DNA of 60,647 bases, counting the filler. It is 4 parts of 4 records of this genome, joined end to end, with 100 filler letters (N's around TTAATTAATTAA, not from the genome) between each part and the next. Parts side by side here need not be neighbours in the genome. Positions count along the whole stretch, not along the records: positions 38,220 to 50,747 come from SRR2962707_3344; positions 50,848 to 60,647 come from SRR2962707_3347; 2 more parts are not named here. One strand, 5' to 3'. The notes below the pieces were generated by a model. That model did no database searches and was not told the DNA's origin. It saw only the letters and a list, made by a program, of their open reading frames with translations. Position numbers and translations under genes: made by a program. Positions 47,369-59,000 of this stretch are shown here, piece by piece; the first letter of the stretch is position 1, and each line of letters starts with the position of its first letter.

Positions 47369-49905
47369 CGATAGTGCTTTTCAAAGAAGTTTAAATAAGC
47401 TTCAACGTCTTTGGTTTTGTATAGAATATCAAAATTATCATCTGAGATAACAAAAATATCGATCTTCTCACCTTTAAAATCATCTTTAAGATTCTTTGAC
47501 GTATTAAATGTTTTTAGGAAACTAGTAGCAGTACCTCTTCCAGGAAAGGAATCCACAAAACTCATTGATTTGGTTTCACTTAGAATAAGATTACCAGTCT
47601 TAAGATTGTTGAAGTTGTTTGCTTTCAAATAATCATACAATACATTAGGAAGTGATTCTGTCAGCTCGGGTTTGATGTCGTAAAGAATTACAAACAAGTG
47701 CTTTTGATTAAAATCCTCAATGAAACGTGCTTTTGCACTATTATATCTCTTTTGTTGAAAAGTCTCTGAAGCCTTAACCAAAGATTTTGCATAGTCCAAC
47801 AACTCACTTTCTGGGTAGTCATTAATAAACTGACCAAGTCTAAATTGATATTGATGATCTTCTTCTGTTTGACCAACAGCCAATACATTAAGCAGTGCCA
47901 GGTTATCACTAAATTCATTTTCCGGATGAATGCTTAGTGCACTATCAGCATGAAATCGAACCTCTTTATAATCTCCTGATTTGTATTTAGCATACAAATC
48001 TTTGTACAGCTTCTTTAGCTGCTCACTTGTTGCAAAACTTTCCTCACGATAATTTGGATTGTCAACCAATTTAGCGAAGATCGTATCGGGATATTTTTCC
48101 TTTAATCGATTTCCGTACTCTGTAGATTTTACAGGATTTAGGTTTTTGAAAAGTAGGTATAGCTGGTACAATACTTCTGCTTCATATTCGGTTTCAGGAA
48201 ATCGTTCAAGTAGCTGCTCGAATGATTCAGCAGCATTAGCATCCTCTTCCAGTCTTAGGTTGTAAATATTCCCTAAGTTGTATAATGCGACTTCTATTTC
48301 ACTAAGTAATAGGGCCTTTTCTTCATCCGTTTTTGGAATTGAGCTTAGCAAAGCTCTCGCCTCATCTTCAATAGAAATCTCTTCTTTTTCTCCTGTGGCT
48401 TCAGATATTTCTTCCTCGGGTAAAGCTGAACTTTGCAGATTGACTATTGCCTTAGCAGATCTCCTCCATTCATCTTCCAATACCCTGTCACCCCATTTTC
48501 TAATGAATTCATTACGACCCTTAGCTACTTGATTTGGATTATTGAAATACCATGAGGTACCCGCAGATGCGGTTGAAATAATGTTTTCTCCAGAATTTTC
48601 CGAAACATTACGTGCTCTGTTTATTGCCGCCTCCTTTTCTTTTTCTTTCTTTTTTTCTTCAACCTCTCTTTTTCCAGCTATTATGGAAGAGGCCAGCGTA
48701 AGTAAAGAATCTTCAGATAAAGTAGATAGGTGTAATAAACTGTCATTCTGTTGTATTGTGAGAACCTGTTTCACGAAATCAACCAGAATTTCTTGTCTCT
48801 CTTTGATCTCAGCATAGTTTTCTTCGTCCTTCGGCATGGTGTTTACTGTGCTGTCGTAATAGCTTTTGGCAAGGACGAAATTCTTAAGTGTATCGTAGTA
48901 AATCTGACCAAGGCTCAAATAGGAATAAGCTTTCTGTCGATTGTTATTTACACTCGTTTTGATTGAGGCTTTGTAGTTGGTTATTGCTTCTTTGATGTTT
49001 CCATTTTTAAGTTCGAAACCTGCTAATTCGTAATAGATTTTATCCTGATATTCCTTGTTTTTAGGATCCTTGAGTAGGTTTCTGAAGTATCGATCGATTT
49101 TCTTTTGGTCATTGTTATTGGCCAGTTCAGTAACCTGTGCCATGTAGAGTTTCGCGTAGAATTCTAACTCATAGGTAGGATGATTCTTCAATACATTTTT
49201 GTAATGCCTGAAAGCCTCACTTTCAAAACCCAATTCGTGGTATGTCTGACCAATAATGAAATTAATACGCGCCTTTTCTGAGGGGTTTAATAACTCTTCC
49301 GCTTTCACCAGGTTTCCTACCATCTTATTCTGATCCTCGCGTTTTTGATGCAGGTAGGCTGCATTCAAGTACATTCTCCTCTTGTTTTCATTGTTGAGCT
49401 TTTCTTTTGCCAGATAATCAGTTACAGCAATCGCATTGTTGTATTCATTGAATTCGGCAAAACTTCTAATCAACTCGGTCAAGGCATAATGTCTGGCGTT
49501 ATCGTCCTCACTATGGGTGTTGACATATTTAAATGTCTCGATGGCATCCGGAAACTCTCGTGCATAAAATCGTGCCTTTCCTACCAATATGTAGCTATCA
49601 TCCTCCCATTTAGAGTTAGGGTGTCGTTGGATGGCGATGGATGATTTTTGAATGCAATCCTCGATTTCAGTCTTTAATGAAGCAGATTTTGTCGAATCAA
49701 ATTGAGGATATATTGGAAGCACCTTGTTATAATTCCATTCCTGGCTTTCATAAATTGACTTTTCAATTTCTTTTATCCGTTCATGCGCAATGAAATAGGC
49801 ATTGTAATGTGCCGTTAAGTCATGAAATGAGTTACTTAGTGGATTGTTTTTGTATGGTGAACAACCCAGTAACGTAATAAATAGAAGTAAGTAGTATTTT
49901 CTCAA
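47365..49905 (-). CDS. sprE: TPR lipoprotein SprE/PorW of the T9SS
   Basis: LLGC lipobox after TTG 49905; FHDLTAHYNAYF, SKWEDDSYILVGKA and WYFNNP...FIRKWGDRVLEDEWRRS motifs. Confidence 0.8.
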   Translation of the reverse strand: MRKYYLLLFITLLGCSPYKNNPLSNSFHDLTAHYNAYFIAHERIKEIEKSIYESQEWNYNKVLPIYPQFDSTKSASLKTEIEDCIQKSSIAIQRHPNSKWEDDSYILVGKARFYAREFPDAIETFKYVNTHSEDDNARHYALTELIRSFAEFNEYNNAIAVTDYLAKEKLNNENKRRMYLNAAYLHQKREDQNKMVGNLVKAEELLNPSEKARINFIIGQTYHELGFESEAFRHYKNVLKNHPTYELEFYAKLYMAQVTELANNNDQKKIDRYFRNLLKDPKNKEYQDKIYYELAGFELKNGNIKEAITNYKASIKTSVNNNRQKAYSYLSLGQIYYDTLKNFVLAKSYYDSTVNTMPKDEENYAEIKERQEILVDFVKQVLTIQQNDSLLHLSTLSEDSLLTLASSIIAGKREVEEKKKEKEKEAAINRARNVSENSGENIISTASAGTSWYFNNPNQVAKGRNEFIRKWGDRVLEDEWRRSAKAIVNLQSSALPEEEISEATGEKEEISIEDEARALLSSIPKTDEEKALLLSEIEVALYNLGNIYNLRLEEDANAAESFEQLLERFPETEYEAEVLYQLYLLFKNLNPVKSTEYGNRLKEKYPDTIFAKLVDNPNYREESFATSEQLKKLYKDLYAKYKSGDYKEVRFHADSALSIHPENEFSDNLALLNVLAVGQTEEDHQYQFRLGQFINDYPESELLDYAKSLVKASETFQQKRYNSAKARFIEDFNQKHLFVILYDIKPELTESLPNVLYDYLKANNFNNLKTGNLILSETKSMSFVDSFPGRGTATSFLKTFNTSKNLKDDFKGEKIDIFVISDDNFDILYKTKDVEAYLNFFEKHYR

Positions 49906-49979
49906 AACAAGGTTAAACTGATGCAATGATAACGATCTGAACATCAAATTGGTGTAAAGATAAACAAGGACTGATTGCA

Positions 49980-49987
49980 TAACTTTG
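49980..49987 (+). promoter_or_regulatory. Bacteroidota sigma-A -7 element TAACTTTG
   Basis: Exact TAnnTTTG about 20 nt upstream of the M23 ATG. Confidence 0.5.
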
Positions 49988-50006
49988 CCTTCGTAAATTG
50001 CAATTC

Positions 50007-50747
50007 ATGGCGGCAAGAAAGACTCTAAGTAATTGGCTAACGAATAAGTATCTCCTTATTATAAGAAATGAGGAGAATTTTGCGGAGAAAACGACCTTTA
50101 GCTTCAACTATGCGAGATTGTTTCTTCTGCTTGCTTTTGTTGGTTTGGTGATTCTTGGATTATCTGTTTATCTGGTAACTGTGGCCCTGGAGAAATGGCT
50201 GGATCCACGACATGCCCAAATGGTAGCCAACAGGCAGGTAGTGGAATTATCAATGAAAATCGATTCATTGGAAAATGAGGTAAAAAACAAGGACGTTTTC
50301 ATTGAAAATGTACGTAAAATCATTGCAGGTGAAGAAATAGAGGAGAATTATGATGGAAGTATTGAGTCAGAATTACAACCTGCTGAGCTGTCGGAGACCA
50401 TTCAGCCGGTTGATTCCCAGTTTAGAGCTTCATTTGAAGGTTCGGAACTTTCAGAAATCACCGCATTGCCGATAACAGTTTCTTCATCGATTTATGAGTT
50501 AAGAGATCTCTATCTGTTTAGCCCATTGGATGGTATAGGCATTGTTACAGATGGATTCAATCCGAAAAAGGATCATTATGGCATTGATATAGTGGCTAAA
50601 GAGAACGAACCTGTCAGATCAGTGGCAGATGGGGTTGTGATCATGTCTTCCTGGACACTGGATGGAGGGTATATTCTGGCTATTCAGCACTCAGGCAACC
50701 TAATTTCCGTTTATAAGCACAATTCGGAATTATTTAAAAACGTTGGT
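50007..50747 (+). CDS. M23 family metallopeptidase (3' truncated at contig end)
   Basis: N-terminal TM, coiled coil, HYGID and YKH motifs. Confidence 0.88.
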
Positions 50748-50847
50748 NNNNNNNNNNNNNNNNNNNNNNNNNNNNNNNNNNNNNNNNNNNNTTAATTAAT
50801 TAANNNNNNNNNNNNNNNNNNNNNNNNNNNNNNNNNNNNNNNNNNNN
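50748..50847. other. artificial contig linker
   Basis: N-run + TTAATTAATTAA + N-run. Confidence 0.97.
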
Positions 50848-50961
50848 AGCAGCAGCAACAACAACAACAAAAACAACCACAAAAACAAGGGACTTTGTCT
50901 GGGTTTGTTGCTGTGTGCGTGCGTGTGTGTGCGTGGGTGTCGTGGGTGTCGTGGGTGTTGT
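50848..50961. repeat. microsatellite-rich sequence (AGC/AAC, GT and GTGGGTGTC repeats)
   Basis: (AGC)3(AAC)4, GTGTGCGTGCGTGTGTGT and GTGGGTGTC x2-3. Confidence 0.75.
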
Positions 50962-50990
50962 AGCAGAAACTTTTTGTTTCTTCAAGAAGA

Positions 50991-52883
50991 ATGAGACGCA
51001 GCCCTGGCGTTGCGAAGGCGGCGGACTCAGCCCGAAGACTCCAAGCAACGGGCGACGTGGCGAACAGTCTGCTTCACTTGCTATCGCAGCTCAAGGCCAT
51101 TCGATACCCGGGGCATTTTCCGGCGACAGTTAGTGAGCTGTGAGTCTACGTGCGCTGTGTGAAAACTACTGCAGAATTGCCAGAATCTGAATTGTAGTTT
51201 GAATTGAGAGTGTCTCGGAGTATGCCTCGCGTGTGTATGTGCGCCTCGTGTAGTGTGTGTGCTTCGTGTGTTTAAGTGTGCATTGTGTATGCGTGTGTGT
51301 GTGCGTGTTTGCATTGCGATTCGTTTGTCACTCGCCTTGGCGCGGGTTGATGTTGATTGTTCGCGCAGGAAAGCAAAGGGCAAGTGTGCCGTCTTGCTGC
51401 CGATACTTGGGCACCTTTTCCTGGGCGGCTTTTCCAAGCTTGTGGCGGAGAAAGTCGCCCACAGCAACCCGCGCATGTTCGGACAATCTGATGCCGATTT
51501 TGTGCGCAGCGTGTTCCTGTTTGTCAAACAAGACTTCGGTTTTCGCCCTCACTTGAGTCCACAGCAGTTTCTGAACACTGAACGTTACACGGAGCAGTCG
51601 CTGCTGTTTGTGAGAGCGTGTGCGGACCTCTGCCGCGCTTTTCACAAGGAAGAAGCGCGAAACCGTGGGCTTCCCACCGGAAAATCAACAAGGACTGCGA
51701 CTTCAAAGCATGGGCTTCACGAGCAGGCTTCCCAAACCAACGCGACGACGCAAGGCCCACACGACGGCAGCACGACGCAGTCAAATGCCAAAAGCGTGCC
51801 CCGCGAACGCCCATGTCCCATGCCTCATGCACAACCGTCGACTTCGTTGGCCACCAAAACGTCGAATCCTGCACCGACGCGAGTAGAGACCTCAAAATCA
51901 TCGTTTGCTCAAACGTCTTCTTCAGACGAATCCAGGAACCATTCCGGCGAAAGGTTCACCGCACTTCGCCCGCAAGAAGGTTACCAAGACGCTCATTCGC
52001 CTGCGATGCAGAGAGAGGAAAGCTGTGACTCGGAGAAGCAACCGCATCAGCCACTACACATGCACCGAAAGCCGGAATTGCATGCTCCTCGAACTATTCT
52101 CCAGCCCGAGCTTCCATCACGTGATTTCGACGCGGTGAGCGCGCCAAACAACTCCGCCAATGCGCAATCAGGGCTTTCGACGAAGCTGCTCGACCTTGTT
52201 AGAAAAATTCATATTAAAATGGAGTCGTCGCTGGAAGCAATTAATGCGTACGTTCCATTTGAACTGAATTGTCTCAGCCGTGTTCACAGTAATTCCTTGT
52301 TTCAACGTCACTTGTCTGCGGTATTGGCACCGGGCTATTTGCAGGCGCCTGTCATTGCTAGAAGCACGGCTCGATCGCAATGACACCGCGATGTCCGCTC
52401 AGGTATGATCATAAGCCGACCCATTGTGAATGTCCCGGACTTCAATGCACTGAGGATGCTTTGACATGTGCTGCTTTTGATCAGGCGAATGAAATGAAGC
52501 GACTGTTCGAAAACCTTCCGAAAAACGACAAACGACGCGTTGACCCATCACAAGGTCATGGAAGCGATTCATTTGCGACGGCCAGCGTCGAGGCCAAGCG
52601 CCCCGAAACCGGACACCCACTAGTTGCTGACAGCAGTTCTAAGGCGGACGCGATGCTCCAATACGAAGGCACACATGGTAGCTCGTCAAAAGATATTGAA
52701 CGTGAATTGGTTGACGAAGGCCCTGGCCCCGTTCACCAGGATGCGCAGTTGCTTGTGGCCATGATTGCCGAAAGAATCAAAGAGTCACATCGATTGCTGG
52801 AGCGGACGCGGCCGGTTGCAGAGATGCACCCAGATGGCTCGCACAGCAGCAATCGCGTTGCGGACGTGCTGAACGACCCGTGA
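50991..52883 (+). CDS. CEP44: centrosomal protein CEP44 homolog, 4 exons (50991-51139, 51369-52247, 52345-52402, 52485-52883; 494 aa)
   Basis: Spliced N-terminus ATGDVANSLLHLLSQLKAIRYP...LLPILGH...SDADFVRSVFLFVKQDFGFRPHLSPQQFL matches the CEP44 domain; three GT-AG introns keep frame; coiled coil INARLSLLEARL; AATAAA at 52934. Confidence 0.8.
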
Positions 52884-53096
52884 CCATTTCCTCACAGCTA
52901 TCAGGACCTTGGGTGGGTATCGATGATAGGTTTAATAAATCTATTTTGAATTCCTCGAGAGTGTTTTTATCATTTTGCTTTTTTGATTAGAATTAAAAAA
53001 AATCACATCGCACCAGAAATGGCTTCTTGGACGTGAAACAATTGCAACCAATAGGTCAACCCGCAGCTACCGAGGAGTCTGAGGGGGTCTTCGGCG

Positions 53097-56000
53097 TTAC
53101 TCTGGCCACCGCAAACCAAGATACGACTGTTCCGGCGAGCGTGCAGTTCCATGATTATGCAAGTGTGTACTGTCCACCATCGTGCTGCACATAGAACAAC
53201 GAAAGCGCAAAGAAGAGCAATGCATTGCAAATTCAAAGCACGCACAGAAACCAGTCGAAACATCATGAAAACGGTTTCGTTCAATCATACCTCTGTCGCT
53301 GATCGTCGAGAAGGTGATCTCTGTGGTACGGCTGCGGTTCAAACTCTTCACGAGGACCGGACGCACCCAACTGAAGTGGAGGGCGAGCATTGTCCGAGCC
53401 GCTAAAAATAAGACTATCAGGAGTCCCGGTCCCAGCCCGGAAACCGATTTCGGGCCGTCCGTACTCACTCTTCATCGTCGATTCTCGATCACTCACCTCA
53501 CTCCACAATTTCCGCGCACTGGTGACAAGATCGTCCGTCCCAGCTGCGGATTGGGAATCTTTCCTCACGTTACGTCGTTGGGAGTTCGCCGGCAAATGAC
53601 CGATGAATGCCACACCGGGAGTGTTCCGGTCGGCCAACCGCTCTGTTGCCACCGGGCGCATATCATTCAAAGTCGACAGACTTGGATGTACAAAAGACAT
53701 TTGGTCAACGCCGATGCGCGGGCCTGCAATGCGAGGCAGACAGCAGAGAAAACAGGCTCAAAATATCGTGCATATTGCGGCGAACGACCAAGACGCAGAA
53801 GCAAGCATACTATTGCCCGGAAATGCAAAGTACCTGGGGCATCGGTTGGCAGGCCTGAAACAGCGATGCCATAGGACAGTCTGTTGGTTTTGTTTCCAAG
53901 CTGCGGGGGGTTGCGAAGACGAGGTTGCGGAGGAGCCGTCGAGTTGCTGGGGTGACCACTGTTTCGGATTCCTGATCAAACGCAGCACGGCCTCGATGTT
54001 AACAACACGGTGGCGTGTTATACATGGGCGCAAGGAAAAGAATACGCGCTCAAAAAATGGGGGGAAATGAAACACGTACCTTTCTGGAACGGCGATGCAA
54101 TGGCCAGCCGCTTGGTACCTGCCAAAAAAGACAGAAAATCTTCATAATCGATGAGCGGCTCCAAGTCCGCAGCGTCAAGAAGTGTTCCGTCCTCGCCGCG
54201 GGTCACGCGTTTTCGCGGCGGGGGCTGGAAGTTGCCGCGCAAACGTGAGTATCTACATGCAGCAGATACATACTGGTGTCAGCCTTCCTTTTCGTGATTT
54301 GCATACCAACAAAGGAAAGACAAAAAAAGTGCACACACCCAGCCACAGTGCGGCACATGATGGTGGCTTCCTTTTTGGAGATTTTTTCTCCGCATTCTCT
54401 CAAACACACGTAGAATTCTGTGACGGTCAGAAGCGTGTCGTCGCTTTTGATGGCTGCACAACACATTTTCACATGAGCCAAATTCAGGGAGGCCAATCAA
54501 CCAATGCAGGTGAACTTCAACCCAACACAGCGCCACGGAACAATGCGTTTATCGATTTCAGCTCACGCACGTCTGCCTTCCGCATCGAGAGCATTTGCTT
54601 TGAAGTCAGCCAATGCAGATCGCAGCTTTTGAATGCGGCGCCGAAGGCCAGGGTCGATATTTTCTTCATCTAAGGTCCCAGAGTTTTGGCTGTTCCTCTC
54701 TGGCTCATCATCGCTGGAACCGTGGGATTGTTCGCCGGCGCTGGGTTCGAAAGATTGTTGGTGGATCGTAGATGGAGAAACTGACCGTTGCAGGCGAGTG
54801 TTATCTCGGGGTGTATGCGTTGGCCCATATCTGGTCCGTTCACTCGCGTACTTGCTGATGATGCCGTCGTGCATAAGTTGTTGATGAATATTTTGCACGC
54901 TCTGGTCAGCTGAGACCCACTCTCGAGCAGCACTCTGTCTCGCAAGCCTCTCATCTGGCTCGCTGCGATCGGTTTTCTCGTCCATGGAAGCCGGACCAAA
55001 TGACCCATCTTCGTCAAAAGAAGCAGCTTCAGCGGCAGCAAACCGAGCTGCCTCTGCCTCGTCCTCCAGTCTCTGTGCCTCAGCCTCCTCGTACACGCCC
55101 ATGCACGCAAGAATGACCTGGACAAGATCTTGAAACACAGACTCTGGCATCGCTCGGTGTTCGTCGGAGCTTGGCCCTGCAAACGAAAGCCCTTCGGTGA
55201 GACAGTGCACAGACGGGTACCCCATTAAGGCATAGCTGCGAATTCAACCAAATAGTACCATGTGCGTCCCAGGTTTGTATAAGTTGCTCCGGTGTGACGC
55301 AAGCCTCCAAAATTTCCGCAGCCACGCTTTCAGGTATGAAAGTGCCCTTGAGCAGAACAAAAGCCAATACTCACATGGGTGACTATAAATTGTCGCAATG
55401 GAGCACTACACTTTCGAAAACAAATACGAAAAGGTTGACGCTGCAGATGACGATGCCAACCTCTTCGTCCAGAGTATCACAGAGAACTTCCAGGAATTCG
55501 CCAGCTGACTTTTGCCGCTCGTGAGGGCCTCGAGTGAACTCGTGGACGCCAATAAGAATGCCACCTCCCACCTAGCACAAGTAAAAATCATTGGCTTCGA
55601 TCTGCTTGCGTGGACGATCAGAAAACTACTTTGATACGTACGCGCATGGGCCGTGTTGGCACTAACCTCTGGCAGCGACTGCGCTTTTATCTGAGGGTAG
55701 CAGTAGTTCAATAACTTCCACCAAGGCTCAAAGTTGCGCACATTTTTTCCTTGGTCGTGAAGAGCCTTCAAAACGGTGAATACAGCTTCCTGCAGTTCGA
55801 ACGCAGACAAAAGTTGAAATACGGAACATAAATTGTAGTGGACGCAGATTTGCTAAGATAAAAGCTGGTCACACCTGGAAGTCAGGCGCCGGCATGCCAG
55901 TTGGGGCTGTCTGTTCGCAATACCGTTGCAACTCGGCGGCAGCCCGAAGCGCCGAATCTGGTTGTGCCCGTTCACTTGGTGCTGCTGTATCACTCGGTTC

Positions 56001-59000
56001 TGCAGCGACACTGGACTCGTGCAATTTCGTGTCGTCAAGGGTGGGAGCTTCGTCGAACGTTGACTCTGACTCTCGTTCACCGGCAATCTCGACAGACCTG
56101 AACCAACAGCGATGACATCAGTGCGGAAACGCAGGTTCCAAAATAATCAATGTTGAACTGCAAGCGCGCTAACCCAACCCACCCAAACCTACCCTTCTGT
56201 GGGTTCTAAAAAACTCTGCAAGGGCGAGTCGACGCCTTTGAACGGCGATGGCGATGGTCGACTACGAATCGGAGACAGTGACTGGTCTGGTTCGTCTGCC
56301 ATGTTGCTCTCATTAATATGGCCTGCATCATGATCCTCTTCGCTGCTATCGTCTGGTGCATCGGCCTCAATAATGCTGTTCCATGCTGATACAGCAGAGT
56401 CTGTCGAGGCAGGCTTTGCAACCAACTTTTGCGAATCAGCGTCGAAGGTCGATCCGAGAAGAGACGCCAATAGCTGCCGCGCGTGGCCTTTTTTGAGCCC
56501 CAGATCGTTTAAAGTGACGTTTGCAAACTCGCTATCTGTATTCACACATAAAAAACACAAGCGTCCCAGCTGAAACCTTTGAGTCGTGGAGACACAGCGT
56601 TTGTAGGCATTTCGACGTTACCCTACAACCTACCAGCACCGATGTGCTTTTGCAATGACGGGTACTCGTGAGCTATGGAACAAAGGAACCCGACATCGTC
56701 ATAGCCCTGCTCCACGAAACGCGGAATATATCTGCATGCAAACACCAACACTAGTCAATGGTGTATACCAAGTGCAAGTTCACACTGTTGCGGGAAGTCG
56801 GAAAAATGGAAGGGAGCGGGGAAATGCAGCAACTAACTGATCAAGGCCACAGCGAAGCAAGAACTCCTTCAAGGCCCCCGAAGACATGTCTTGCTGGGAC
56901 TCTGCTTCAGAATCACTTGCTTGTTCAGTCGGTGCAGGTGCCGGTGCTTGAGCGTCAGTCTCAGCAATGGTTTTCGCTTGTTCTCGCTGTGCAGCAAGTT
57001 CCGCCGCCTGGGCTGCCTCAGCATCTGCTAATTTCTTTGCGTGTTGTAACTTTTCCTGCTCGTCTCGCAGGCGCGCCAACGCCTCGTCAGCCTCTCTTCT
57101 GCGCTCAGCTAGTAGCGCTGCCTCTGCGGCAGCGCGACGCATTTCTTCTCTTTCAGCTTCGATGCGGGCCTGTTCCTCCAGTTTCTTTGCAGCAGCCTAC
57201 ATTTCGAGACACAGTGCAGTAAGCCACACCGCCGTTGCAATGTATAGCAGCGCCTACAAATCGTGCACTTTGACCTCCCACGGACCACAGCCGCCGACTC
57301 TGCCATTTGCGCGGACAACCGCTTGTAATACTCCAAGCCGTCAATGTGGTCGACAAAATACGCGACCAGTGATTTGATGACCGCTCGAGGTCGCAGAAAG
57401 ATGCCGCGATCTCCAGCGCATTGGAAGTAGCGCGTGTTTCCAACTTTTCCGTCATTTTTCCCTTCAACATACCCAAACAAAACAGGTCAAGCGGCTGCGC
57501 GGTCCACACAACAACAGCTGCAAAAAGAGTATGCGACGCACCCCACGGTCGAAGGAGCTCAACACCGAACCATTGACCACTAGCAAAGTCTACTTCGCCG
57601 GAATAGCGGATAATACCTTCGCAAAAATCCTCGTCACCAGAAACACCAGCCCGATTTCCACGCGCATTTTCCAGCTACGCACGCCACAAAATGTGAAATT
57701 ACACGAGCTACCAGTGCGCGCGGCAAACAGCCACAATCAACAACTTCAGCAAGCGATCACGCACCAAGGCTTCTTCTGCGTCGTTGAGGACCCCGGCGCC
57801 GGCATCGTGGTGCTGGCAGTAGGACGCGAGCACCCGGACCCGCTGTCCGAGGTGAAACTTGATATCATTCAGGAATGAGTCAGTCTCAATGGAAACTTTT
57901 CGATTCGTTGGCGACAGTCCAACATCGTCCATAACAACCTGCCATGGAACATTCAGTGTTCGTTAAGCGTACGAGACCATGGACAAGAGCTTTCAGAGCA
58001 CAGGTAAATCTCAGTCGCACCTCGCCCAGGGTCATTCGACGACTCATGCGCGCTGGTTTGGAAGGGGTGCCGACTGGCGCATCGATAGTTGCCAACATTT
58101 CATCCTCGACTTTCCCGTGGTCAGAGAGCTGCTCAGGCCGTAGGTCCTGATCACTACTTCCCTCGTCACTACTCACATCTTGCATGTACGGCTCCTCGGC
58201 ATCTGACAAACTGTCATCACTTTCATCAGCAGCATTGTTGGCCATTGCGTCAAGCATGTCTTCTGTTCCGTCATCGGAAATGCTGGCATCATCAGAGTCC
58301 GATTTTGCATCTGCTCCTACAAACTGTTCTGGTTCAATTTCCTGTTCCTGAACCTGTTCCTGTTCCTTTTCCTTTTCCTTTTCTTGTTCCTGTTCCGGTT
58401 GCAGTTCCAGTTCTGCTTCCGGCTCTGTTTGTTCCTGGATGGCCTTCGACTTCCCTCGCCGGGGGCGATGTTGGCGAGTTGGCCCGGGTTGACTTTTCGC
58501 GGGAGGGGCTCGTCCAGAGCCTATGCGTGAAAGCCAACGATCTTCCAACACGCCTCGCTTCTTCTGCTGTCGAGCATTCAAAGTCTTCATGGTGCGATAT
58601 CGCCAAGCTGCCTGGACCCACAACACAATCGCCAGCCGTTGGTCCAGCTCGTCGGTACTTGTAGCAAGCGCGAAGCGGGCTCGGACTCTCAACTATTGTC
58701 GTTCATGTGTGCAGCAGAGAGCGCCATCGCATTGAAAGAAATAAAATCTTGAGAATGTACCCAACAAAACGGTTGATGTAAAGCCAGCAGCCATGACACA
58801 AAATTGAACGGGACTTGCCTTCGTAGCTAGCATTCGAGCTCGTTTGAGCCTTGCATCGGTGGCAGCGACCATGGCTTTGTTTCCAACACGAAGGCTCTCC
58901 TCTTTCACAGACTGTGTGCGACGCTTTTTTAGCGTAACGATGGACATTCGCTTATTTTGACGTGGCGCAACGTGTGTGGGACGTGAGCTGCCGACGCCAA

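Noticed and set aside
1758-49644. Many short antisense or nested ORFs inside bacterial genes (e.g. 30459-30902, 29757-30113, 12590-12910)
   Set aside because: Shadows of well-supported genes on the opposite strand with no recognisable motifs
50007-52883. Apparent bacterium-eukaryote junction suggesting horizontal transfer
   Set aside because: Separated by a linker; adjacency across linkers carries no information
58330-58430. Short-period repeats (CCTGTT/CCTTTT) as a possible array
   Set aside because: Encodes a low-complexity EQEQEKEKE tract in an exon; not CRISPR or a mobile repeat
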